A program made the position numbers and the translations under genes. From positions 1-30,015 of the IMG/VR virus record IMGVR_UViG_3300024284_000018: DNA of 30,015 bases; one strand, written 5' to 3'. Positions within the stretch are counted from its first letter, which is position 1, and every line of letters starts with the position of its first letter. The notes beneath the pieces are model-generated. The model was not told the DNA's origin, did no database searches, and was given only the letters and a program-made list of their open reading frames with translations. Below, in pieces: positions 8,924 through 17,900 of the stretch. Origin of the DNA: a virus (Duplodnaviria; Caudoviricetes).

Positions 8924-10231
8924 ATGGCCGCAATCGCTGAACCTCCTGTATCTGTTGTTTCTCCAACCGCACCACCGGCACCAGCTCAGCCGGAGTTAAA
9001 GGTATCCCAGATTCCACCACCGATTACACCGATGAACGCTCCCAAGCCGGGGAGTGCGCGGGAGAAGCTTCACGAAAGCTTACGCAAGAAATCTGGTATC
9101 GAGACACCACCAGCCAAACCTGAACCTGAAAAGGAAAAGGCCAAAGCTCCTGTTGATGAACCGGAACGTCCCGGAGAGGTTGATCTTGAACCGGGTGAAT
9201 CTTCTGAGGCAACACCGGAACCGAAGGAAACCAAAATCGAACCTGTCACTGAAACCACCAAAGATGGTAAAAAGGTTTCTCCGTGGAAGCTGGTGGATCA
9301 GTTCAAGGATCGGGCCACGAAAGCTGAACAGCGTGCTTTGGAACTGGAAAAGCAACTATTGCCCGAGCCTGAACGTAAGGCACAAGCCGAGCGATTGACC
9401 AAGTATGAACAGCGCGTAAAAGAGCTTGAGGACGAAATGCGTTTCGTCAATTACGCCAAGAGCCAGGAGTTCAAGGAAAAGCATCAGGTGCCTTACGAAA
9501 ACGCTTGGAAAAGGGCCATGTCCGAGCTTAGCGAAATCACTATTGAAGATCCCGGCACGCAACAGCGCAGGGCCGTAACCGCTCAGGACTTGATGGAGTT
9601 GGTAAATATGCCGCTAGGAAAGGCACGGGAAGTGGCTGATGCCGTGTTTGGAACATTCTCCAATGACGTGCTCGCGCATCGTAAGGAAATCAAAACTTTG
9701 TTAGAGCAACAGTCTCAGGCTTTGGAAGAAGCTAAAACCAAAGGTGCTGAGCGTGAGACTCAACGCAAGGAACAGTATAACAATGCGATGAGCACGGTCA
9801 CGAAACAGGTCAAAGAGGTTTGGGATAAGGCGAGCGCGTCTATCCTTGAAGATCCACAAAACGGTGAGTACTTCAAACCGCGTGAAGGAGATCAGGAATG
9901 GAATGACCGGCTTACCAAGGGCTACACCCTTGCCGACAAAGCCATTGCTGAGATATGGGCGCAGCTTCCCATGGACCCAAGGTTGACACCGGAGCAACGC
10001 GCAGAAGCGGTCAAACGCCACGCTGCGGTGAGGGCTAGGATTGCTGGATGGGGGCCGCTCAAGGCAGAAGTGACCAAGCTAAAGAAGCAACTGGCTGAAC
10101 GTGATGAGGAATTGAAGAAATACAAATCCAGCACACCGGCTGCTGGTGGAACTGCTGCGCAATCGAATACTCCGGTGGTGGTGAGTGCGAGACAATCTTT
10201 GCGAGAAGGGCTTGCCAAGCTTGCTCATTAG
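8924..10231 (+). CDS. Probable capsid scaffolding protein
   Basis: Pro/Glu/Lys-rich disordered N-terminus followed by long heptad-like coiled coils; located between portal and capsid genes. Confidence 0.65.
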   Translation: MAAIAEPPVSVVSPTAPPAPAQPELKVSQIPPPITPMNAPKPGSAREKLHESLRKKSGIETPPAKPEPEKEKAKAPVDEPERPGEVDLEPGESSEATPEPKETKIEPVTETTKDGKKVSPWKLVDQFKDRATKAEQRALELEKQLLPEPERKAQAERLTKYEQRVKELEDEMRFVNYAKSQEFKEKHQVPYENAWKRAMSELSEITIEDPGTQQRRAVTAQDLMELVNMPLGKAREVADAVFGTFSNDVLAHRKEIKTLLEQQSQALEEAKTKGAERETQRKEQYNNAMSTVTKQVKEVWDKASASILEDPQNGEYFKPREGDQEWNDRLTKGYTLADKAIAEIWAQLPMDPRLTPEQRAEAVKRHAAVRARIAGWGPLKAEVTKLKKQLAERDEELKKYKSSTPAAGGTAAQSNTPVVVSARQSLREGLAKLAH

Positions 10232-10239
10232 CGTATAAT
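10212..10239 (+). promoter_or_regulatory. Sigma70-type promoter overlapping the end of the scaffold gene
   Basis: TTGCCA (10212-10217), 16-bp spacer, perfect TATAAT (10234-10239). Confidence 0.7.
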
Positions 10240-10245
10240 TCACAC

Positions 10246-10275
10246 ATGCAAGCGTACTGCTGTCCACAAATCTAA
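10246..10275 (+). CDS. Candidate leaderless leader peptide MQAYCCPQI
   Basis: ATG begins 7 nt after TATAAT, has tandem Cys codons and is followed by a terminator-like hairpin. Confidence 0.35.
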   Translation: MQAYCCPQI

Positions 10276-10283
10276 CACATCGT

Positions 10284-10348
10284 CCCCGCTCACTTGCGGC
10301 AACTACTCCCGGTTGCCGGTACGACTTGTGGGCGGGGCATTTTTGTTT
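10284..10348 (+). terminator. Terminator/attenuator-like hairpin upstream of the 10349 gene
   Basis: CCCCGCTCAC (10284-10293) pairs with GTGGGCGGGG (10328-10337); inner stem CGGCAACT/GGTTGCCG; followed by TTTTTGTTT. Confidence 0.6.
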
Positions 10349-10597
10349 ATGAAACTGTTCCTAATATCACAGACTGTTAATAACGATTATGACACCTACG
10401 ATTCTGCTGTGGTGTGTGCGGAGAATGAGGATGATGCTAAATCTATTAGACCAGATGGGCACGACGCCAAGGAGTATTTTGATAAGTGGGGCAATGCTTA
10501 TTGGTGCAGACCCGAAGATGTCGTGGTGAAATATATCGGGGAAGCCGCTCCAGAGTCAACCCGAGGTGTCGTGTGTGCTTCGTTTAACGCGGGGTGA
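10349..10597 (+). CDS. Small acidic phage hypothetical protein
   Basis: MKLFLISQTVNNDYDTYDSAVVCAENEDDAK...GVVCASFNAG; ATG follows the U-tract directly and the stop overlaps the next start. Confidence 0.75.
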   Translation: MKLFLISQTVNNDYDTYDSAVVCAENEDDAKSIRPDGHDAKEYFDKWGNAYWCRPEDVVVKYIGEAAPESTRGVVCASFNAG

Positions 10598-11217
10598 TTA
10601 TGAAAACGTGTAGCAAGTGTAAGAAGGATCAACCGCGAACCAATTTCGTAAAGTCTGAACGTTATATTGACGGGCTATATTCGATGTGCAAGGACTGTCG
10701 AAAAGAAAATCGTATTCGAGGACTTAAACTGCATCCAATGTGCTCCCGATGTAAAACAAAACCCCACACTTCTAACCATGCTCAATGTTATGATTGCCAG
10801 CGTGAGGCACGTTCTCAATCATCCGTTCCAAAGTTTCGACGAGATTCATTCAATAAAACCATGTGTTCAAAATGCAGAACAAATCCTAAGTCCAAAAAAC
10901 ATGCTTACTGCGTGGAGTGCCGAAGGAAATCCGTGAACGAATGGATTAAAAAACAAGGTGGAATGTGGAATTACCTAATCCGAAACGGGCAAAAGAACAG
11001 AGCGTTGGCTGTTGCTGCTGTTGGTCGCGCACTTCGCCGAGGAAAGATTAAAAAGGCTCCATGTGAGGTGTGCGGATTCACAAAAGTTGAGGCACATCAT
11101 TACATGGGTTATGAGCGTGAATACTGGCTTGTATTCAAGTGGCTGTGCAAACCTTGCCACGATCACGCGCACAAGATTTTAAGATCGCAGTTGACAGAAC
11201 AGCCATTGCTGCTGTAA
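10594..11217 (+). CDS. Multi-zinc-finger protein with C-terminal HNH-like nuclease motif
   Basis: Eight CxxC pairs; C-terminal CEVCG...EAHH...WLCKPCH..AH is a typical phage HNH signature. Start may be ATG 10600. Confidence 0.75.
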   Translation: MIMKTCSKCKKDQPRTNFVKSERYIDGLYSMCKDCRKENRIRGLKLHPMCSRCKTKPHTSNHAQCYDCQREARSQSSVPKFRRDSFNKTMCSKCRTNPKSKKHAYCVECRRKSVNEWIKKQGGMWNYLIRNGQKNRALAVAAVGRALRRGKIKKAPCEVCGFTKVEAHHYMGYEREYWLVFKWLCKPCHDHAHKILRSQLTEQPLLL

Positions 11218-11226
11218 GGGTAGCAC

Positions 11227-11414
11227 AGGTGATTAGTAGGTCCGAGTTGGCACCTCTTAAAAATTAACTCGGTTCATTCGGCGATAACGGCCATCCGGCC
11301 AAGGGCAGGAATGCCCCAAGCTCTCTGCCGACTTCAAAAATTCACCCGACTGAAACGCACGCGCACATGGCGCTGGCGTGATTCAAGTCTAAAACAAAAT
11401 GAATTTTTTGAAGT
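11227..11414 (+). ncRNA. Structured 5' leader of the major capsid gene
   Basis: Several stems, a possible pseudoknot, a GGAA tetraloop hairpin and a 14-bp long-range helix ending immediately before the ATG (see findings). Confidence 0.55.
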
Positions 11415-12926
11415 ATGGCATGCCCAGACTCACAGATTATCGCAGCTTGCGAGTTCCCACAGTTCCTCGTTGATCAAACCCCACGTTTTGATGAACTGAT
11501 ACTCGAAGATTTGAGGCCGACCGATGGCTGGATCTTGAACGTCTCCACCGGCACAACTCCAATGGGTACACCCACGGAAGTTACCCAGGATCGTTTCCGT
11601 TCCGTATTCCCGAACACAACCAAGACCTGGACTCGAAAGGTCGCCAATGGCCCTGGTTGTACTGGTAATCCTTGTGACCCTACCGAGCACCTGATCGGTT
11701 GGGGTGCAGATCGACTCACCTGGTATGCCGAGCAACAGAGTTGGGCAACGCCGCTCTTGTGCTATGACCAGGACATGCACATCACTCAGGCCGAGGCGCA
11801 CATTGACCAGATCATATCCGAGATTCTTCGCCCGGCTACGACTGCAATCAGCAGCAATTTCCTTCGTAAACGTGCCCTGCTTTGGGGCCGACAGAAGAAC
11901 GTCGCCAACCGTAATTCAGGTGCTGCTGGCACCGATGGTGTGTTCAGTTATACCTGGACACTGGGTGGTCCGAATGGCGATGAAGAAATTTACTTTGACA
12001 CATCGGCGGCTCCGTCGCGTGTGTTCAAGCTGGTGCCTCAGATGCTCCAGAATCGTTTTAACCCGCTCATGTTGCTGGGTTACGCTGGTAAGAACCCGTT
12101 CAAGGAAACCTCTCCGTTCATCGAACTGGTGTCCGACATGGACACAGTTTGGTCACTGGAACATCTCGGTGGTCAGCAGGGTGTTGGCGGAACCGACAAC
12201 CCGAACGTGCTCGGCAACTGGAGATTCACAAATTTCGATGAAAGCACCAAATACTGGCGCTATGGATTCAGTGGCCAGATTGGAAACTTCATGACCCGAG
12301 TTGACCCGATGGGTCTCCGGTTCAACTACGTTACGGACTTGGGCGCTGGTTCAGCCCCAAACCGTTATCGTTACCAGATTGTGCTGCCCTACAAAAACAG
12401 CATCACAACGGGTGCAGGTGGTTCCGCAGGAATCGGATCAGATCCTAACACGGATTACGACCGTGCCCAGTTTCGTATCACTTACATCTGGCACAAGAAC
12501 GGCATGGAATTGATGGTGCCGGATGCTAAACCTCTCAATCCCGAGATGCCGTTTGGCCACCGTGACTTTGGTGGAAAGTGGCAGTTCGTGATGGACAACC
12601 TGGGTGAAGATGCCAATGGCGTAGCCATCCAGAACAAGCGCCGGAACAAGGGCCAGTTCATCGCCGACTTCCTGTATTACATCCGACCCAAGCACACGGA
12701 ATTCATCGAATCCTGGTTTCACAAAGGTGAACAGTTCTGCATCCCGGAAATCACGACATGCAGTGACAGCCCCGGATACCCGGCTCAGAATTACAACAGC
12801 ACGCCCCCGAATTGTCCTTTGCCCGGAGCGTATGCTGGGCTATATGGAACTGGGGTTCCGACCGGTTCTGAGGACGGTCCAGTACCACAGCCTCCAGCTG
12901 CAATGCCAGCGTCCCCCGATCAGTGA
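11415..12926 (+). CDS. Probable major capsid protein
   Basis: 503-aa ORF after the scaffold, with strong C-ending codon bias typical of highly expressed genes, its own structured leader and a downstream terminator. The fold was not verified. Confidence 0.72.
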   Translation: MACPDSQIIAACEFPQFLVDQTPRFDELILEDLRPTDGWILNVSTGTTPMGTPTEVTQDRFRSVFPNTTKTWTRKVANGPGCTGNPCDPTEHLIGWGADRLTWYAEQQSWATPLLCYDQDMHITQAEAHIDQIISEILRPATTAISSNFLRKRALLWGRQKNVANRNSGAAGTDGVFSYTWTLGGPNGDEEIYFDTSAAPSRVFKLVPQMLQNRFNPLMLLGYAGKNPFKETSPFIELVSDMDTVWSLEHLGGQQGVGGTDNPNVLGNWRFTNFDESTKYWRYGFSGQIGNFMTRVDPMGLRFNYVTDLGAGSAPNRYRYQIVLPYKNSITTGAGGSAGIGSDPNTDYDRAQFRITYIWHKNGMELMVPDAKPLNPEMPFGHRDFGGKWQFVMDNLGEDANGVAIQNKRRNKGQFIADFLYYIRPKHTEFIESWFHKGEQFCIPEITTCSDSPGYPAQNYNSTPPNCPLPGAYAGLYGTGVPTGSEDGPVPQPPAAMPASPDQ

Positions 12927-12944
12927 AGAGTTCATGAGTGGTTG

Positions 12945-12979
12945 GAGCGTGGCCGGTTTGTTGGCTGGCCACGCTCTTT
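12945..12979 (+). terminator. Rho-independent terminator after the capsid gene
   Basis: GAGCGTGGCC (12945-12954)/GGCCACGCTC (12967-12976) stem extended by G-U pairs, followed by a short TTT tract (probably leaky). Confidence 0.7.
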
Positions 12980-13005
12980 AACAAAGCCCAACACTTTTTA
13001 ATACC

Positions 13006-13275
13006 ATGAACGAATCTGATTATTTCGAGAGCGATAGCGGTTCATCGTCCACGCCTGATAGTGGTGGAGAAAAAGATTCAGGTGGTCAGACCTTCCTTTT
13101 GAACAAAGAAGTTTGCCCGGGAATGTCTGTTGGTGACACTGGATCGTTCAAAATCACCAAGGTTTTGGAGAACGAGTATCAGGCCGAATACATCTCTGAC
13201 AAATCCGAGGAATCCACCGAACCTGACGAAACCGAACCTGCAATGTCCAGTTCTGATGGAGGGATGTTTGACTAA
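13006..13275 (+). CDS. Small acidic Ser/Glu/Asp-rich protein
   Basis: 89-aa ORF with a TAATG overlap with the next gene. Confidence 0.7.
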   Translation: MNESDYFESDSGSSSTPDSGGEKDSGGQTFLLNKEVCPGMSVGDTGSFKITKVLENEYQAEYISDKSEESTEPDETEPAMSSSDGGMFD

Positions 13276-13712
13276 TGGCCGACAAGAAAATATCCGAACT
13301 CCCCGCAGCAGGCGCGATAACGGGGTCTGAGCTTGTTCCGATTGTCCAAAGTGGCGGAACGGTTCAATCCACGGTTGATGCTGTAAAGAACGGTGCGGTT
13401 AAGGTTTATCGAGCCTTGTTGAACCAATCGGGAACTAACGCTCCAGTCGCTACGGTTCTGGAGAACACATTGGGCGGAACGGTTGTCTGGTCATATTCCG
13501 GCGTTGGGTTTTACACAGGAACATTGGTTGGTGCATTTGCACTTGCTAAAACATTTCCAACCATTGGCCAAGTGGAACTGACGGCAATTTGTTTTGCTTA
13601 TCCGTCCGTTCCACCAGATAGCGTGGCCGTTTCATCGAATCTTACTGGGCCAAACACTCCAGTGGACGGAATACTTTTCTATTCACCTTTGGAGATTTTG
13701 GTTTATCCGTAA
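13275..13712 (+). CDS. Putative virion appendage/decoration protein
   Basis: N-terminal MADKKISELPAA..ITGSELVPIVQSG motif is common in phage fibre/virion proteins; C-terminal domain is paralogous to 18784..19131. Confidence 0.65.
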   Translation: MADKKISELPAAGAITGSELVPIVQSGGTVQSTVDAVKNGAVKVYRALLNQSGTNAPVATVLENTLGGTVVWSYSGVGFYTGTLVGAFALAKTFPTIGQVELTAICFAYPSVPPDSVAVSSNLTGPNTPVDGILFYSPLEILVYP

Positions 13713-13719
13713 ACCGTGA

Positions 13720-14682
13720 ATGAGCTTCCACCTCTTAACAGAATCGGGAGACTCGCTCCTGACCGAGGGTGGAGACTTCATCGTTACAGAAGATTCGGTT
13801 CCCGTGCCTGACAATCCCTGCGATGTTAATACCCTGCTGTCGAGTGCGGCCTGCTTTAGCTGCATCCCGCGTGGTCAGTTGGCCATACTTAAACTGGTTA
13901 TACTAGCTAATATCCTGGAACAAAAAGGTGGAGGCAGGCCAACGGTTCAGGAATTACTGGATGTCTCGGCGTGTTTTATGTGTCTCACTCCGGGTCAATT
14001 GCAAATCCTAAAGATTCAACTGTTGTGCAGCATCCTTGGTGGAAATGTTAATTACGCCAACGAGATTCCGACCGATGCTTCAATTCTTGAAAACGATCCT
14101 CCGTTTTTCAAACAACAGTCGGCGTTTTTGTTAAGTGGAACAAATACGGGAAAGCCTGATTATTCAACAAACAATCTGACAGCTACATTTCCAGATTTGG
14201 ATTTGTTAAGAGAATCAGCCCCAGAATTTCTTCATGTCGATGTCGATCAGGTTATCTTTCAAAGATCAAGCACAACCCGATCCACCCCGTTTTCTCCTAC
14301 CGGAGACGGAACAACAAATGGGCAGGGGGTTGATCAAGTTGCATATAGATTACTTCCGACAGATCCTGCGTGGGTTACGTTGGTGGATCAACAATTTTCT
14401 CCTGCTTACCGAGTGGACGGAATCGATCCAGCCGACTATGCAATAGTAAAAACCTTTTCAGATCCGGCAGGACTTGAAAAGTTTTACAATTACAGACTTA
14501 TTGTAATTCTAAGAAATCACACGGGAGATCCTGGAGAATTCAATACAGCCTCACTTGAACTGGATTTTAATGTGGTTTCTTTGTGCACCCCGTTCAAGCT
14601 TTGCTTCAACAATTTAACCACTTGCCCAGATCAGATTCCCCAAGGGCCAAGAGATTTAGTATGGAACGCTCCAAATTTGTGA
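13720..14682 (+). CDS. Putative virion protein with LLTExGD repeats and two Cys-containing repeats
   Basis: LLTESGDSLLTEGGDFIVTE followed by two ~33-aa repeats of the form (A/S)ACFxC(I/L)xxGQLxIL. Confidence 0.65.
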   Translation: MSFHLLTESGDSLLTEGGDFIVTEDSVPVPDNPCDVNTLLSSAACFSCIPRGQLAILKLVILANILEQKGGGRPTVQELLDVSACFMCLTPGQLQILKIQLLCSILGGNVNYANEIPTDASILENDPPFFKQQSAFLLSGTNTGKPDYSTNNLTATFPDLDLLRESAPEFLHVDVDQVIFQRSSTTRSTPFSPTGDGTTNGQGVDQVAYRLLPTDPAWVTLVDQQFSPAYRVDGIDPADYAIVKTFSDPAGLEKFYNYRLIVILRNHTGDPGEFNTASLELDFNVVSLCTPFKLCFNNLTTCPDQIPQGPRDLVWNAPNL

Positions 14683-14692
14683 AAGGAACATT

Positions 14693-14980
14693 ATGCCAGC
14701 CCAATGCGATGTACAAACCCTGTTAGATGACGCAGCATGTTTTACGTGCCTCTCCCCCGGTGTGCTTCAAATACTTGAAGTGGCCCTACTGTGCCAAATA
14801 TTCAATTCCGCTGGTGGGGGTGGGTTGAGTGGAAAGGAAATTTTCAGCGGTAACGGATCTCCAGTTGGTGTTGTGACCCCCTCTGTTGACGACGCCCTGT
14901 TTCGTCAATTGGACAGTGTTCCAGCAGGACTGATATGGACTTGGAAAGCACCCGGCCCGTGGATTGCACCCGAAAGCTAA
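14693..14980 (+). CDS. Small putative virion protein with one Cys-containing repeat
   Basis: CDVQTLLDDAACFTCLSPGVLQIL repeat plus GNGSPVGVVTP...LFRQLD, which resembles the short GxGSPxGVV domain of phage spikes; GAAAGGA upstream. Confidence 0.7.
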   Translation: MPAQCDVQTLLDDAACFTCLSPGVLQILEVALLCQIFNSAGGGGLSGKEIFSGNGSPVGVVTPSVDDALFRQLDSVPAGLIWTWKAPGPWIAPES

Positions 14981-14984
14981 TTTA

Positions 14985-17900
14985 ATGAGAACAATACTTA
15001 TACTGCTGTCTTTTCTGATTACGGCCAACGGATTAGCTCAAGTCCCGTACGTAAGTGCCGCAACAAATTCACCCACAGACGGATATGTACTAACCCGCAG
15101 TGGTGGCACTGGTGGAAACAATAAGTGGAGCGTTGCTGGAGGCGGTGGTTCATTCCTAACCAACGTAGTAACCACAAACACCAGTGCCGGAGTAACAAAC
15201 CTTATACAAACTGCCGGGTTCTGGGTCACAAACCCAGCAACAGCCGGTTCAATCAGCAACAGGTTTGTGGGTGATGTTCGGATTGGAACATCTGCCACCA
15301 TTGATGCCGGGGCCGGTTCAGTGATGAGTTTAGGCAAAGGTTCATTCTCACCCACGCCAGATATATCCCCGTTCAATGTCGGTGGAATGCTCATTACTCC
15401 GTCCGCAGATGGTAATAATGGGCTGTTCACCTATAACCACACAGCGGGTTCGGCTCCTTATCCATTTACTGCCGGTTGGGATTCTAGGCCGGGTGGATTT
15501 GCTGACGCTGGTTCTCCGGGGCAAAGTTTGGTTGGTCTTTGGACTTATTGGCAGAACAACAAATTAGAAAATGGGGCCACTTACACCGCATGGATGGATT
15601 CATTAAGCGGTTCGGTGGGCGGTGCCAGAGATTTGCCAGCGCACGGTTCTGAGGTCTGGTCGAATCAGCGAAAGCCTTATTTTGTGATTGTTGCCAGTAA
15701 CACCAATCTTAGTCAGACAACCATGTCTAACACCATCGCTTCATTTTATAGTCACGGCTTTGGGGTTCTTACGAATCTTGGAGTACCGCTCGCCTATGAC
15801 TTGGAGAATTACTGGCTCACCAACCATCGCAGCGGAACATATCCGCTCAATTATCTGGCGTGGAACACAAATGCGTGGCCGCTGGCAACGTCCAATCCAA
15901 CCAATTTAACTTGGTATCTCAGAACCAATCAGTTTGAAACCTGGCTGATGATGTATGCCGACACCATAGTTCCAACTGCTAACAATACTGAAATGGATAT
16001 TGACGCTTTTACCGCCACAACTTTCTGGGAATATCCTAATGGGGTAAATGGGATTCCTGTAAATGGACTGATGCAGCCCATGATGACTGTGAATACGATT
16101 CACAAGGACGTTACTAAACTGTATCAATGGGATGTTGGTGGAATAATTTTGCAAGACTCAGCCCCAAGATCCGGTGTTCCGGGAGCACTTGAGCAGGTTA
16201 TGAATACCTTTACAAAAGCTATTCAATATCCAAATCCCTCATCTTATCCGTCCACGGCAACGGAGGGGTATTGGGCATCATTTTACCCAAATCGGATGAA
16301 TATGCACGGCATGATTGTGGGCTATTTGTACCAACCAGCATCGCTACCTTTTCCGATTTCAATGGAATACAGCGCAAATGGTGCTGCCGTGGAGACTGGC
16401 AATTTTCCGGTTGAACCTGGGTCAACTGGATTGCTCCGTCAAATGGTTTCTATCATGCGACCTTGCATGTATTCGCTCACTAATTGGATGCCAAAGACTG
16501 TTTATTGGATTCTTAACGCTGATGCGCTTCTTTACACTGGATGGGACTATGCCGATTGCAAGGCATTCCTTAGTTGTGTGGCGATGACTACGGCCAACGA
16601 ATGGGTGAGGTCGTGGGATGGTGGCGTGCTCACCAACACCAGCTTTCTCACTCTCACCACAAACACTGGATATATCAACATCTGGCAAGACCCGGCTCAG
16701 AACAGATTGAAAGTGATCAATTTTGGGGCAACGAATCAGATAGTATCCAAAACACTTTACAATGGAGACGTGGCGGTCTGGTTCATTAACGAAGATCCGG
16801 CCGTAGCCACAAACCTTACCGTAAACTGGAACCAGCTTAATATCTCCAGCAATTATCCAGCAGTCGTGACTGAGGTTTGGACAAACTCGCTGCTTGGGTC
16901 ATACACCAATTCGTTCACAGTGTCAGTGCCAGCCGCGAGCAGCACAGTAATCAAATTTAGTCCTGTGATCGGAAGCGGGTTGAGCAACTATGTGCAGACG
17001 GCAGTTGCTTCCGCTGTGGGTCCGGGAACAATTAACCAACTCGCCATGTTCACCAGCGTGAGCAATGTTGGAAATTCGATTCTGGATCAGGTTTCAACCA
17101 ACATGATCGAGCAACGCTCCGGGATAAGCGGTTCCATGACCAATGCGAATACGAACCGAATATATGGCAGGGTGACATCAGCAACAGACGTTGAGGCATT
17201 GGAGCTTGTCGGGGCAGGTGGTCTAAATGGGGTAAGCAAACTTCACACCGTTCAAGGATCGGCTTCAACTGCGGGGACCACGGCGTTGTATGTTCAAGAT
17301 TCGTGGGGAATTGAGCCGATCACACCCCAGAGCGGTCATTCAGCGGGCAACATATATCCCCTGGCTGATGACGCTTATACCATAGGAAGCACTTCAGCAA
17401 AAGTTAGAGGATTCACTGCTGGAACAAGTGGATATGTTGCGATTGTTAATACCGCCTCTCCAAACTTTGGAACTGGCGCTTCCGGGTATGGGCTATACAT
17501 GCACGCAGCGGGTATTGATATTGGAAATGGGGTGGGTCAGGTTATCACCCTGGCTACAAACATCGGAACCGCAGTATCGGGCCAAGGTTCGGATTATGGC
17601 AATGGAACCATTGTGTTTGGTGCTTCACTTAGTCATCCAGATGTGTTCATTCATAGGCCACAACTGCTGCGGGCCTTGGCGGTTACGACCAATAACAACT
17701 CAACCAGCAAAGCTACAGGTGCACTTGTTGTGGGCAGTGCTTCGGATGACAATGCGGTCAATCGGGCTGGTGGTGATTTGACCCTGGCTGGTGGACCGGC
17801 CAGCGGGAATGGAACGAATGGAGATATTAGCCTTGGTACGTTCATGCAGGGAGCGAGCGGGTTTGCGTATAATAATGTTCAGACGAATCGGCTTACGATT

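Noticed and set aside
11227-11272. preQ1-I riboswitch
   Set aside because: The short stem plus A-rich tail is superficially similar, but the conserved UUC loop start is missing and the downstream gene is unrelated to queuosine.
11704-12294. 196-aa alternative-frame ORF in the capsid gene, and similar shadow ORFs such as 24529..24987, 9054..9398 and 985..1476
   Set aside because: Composition typical of off-frame or antisense translation of biased codons, with no initiation signals or motifs.
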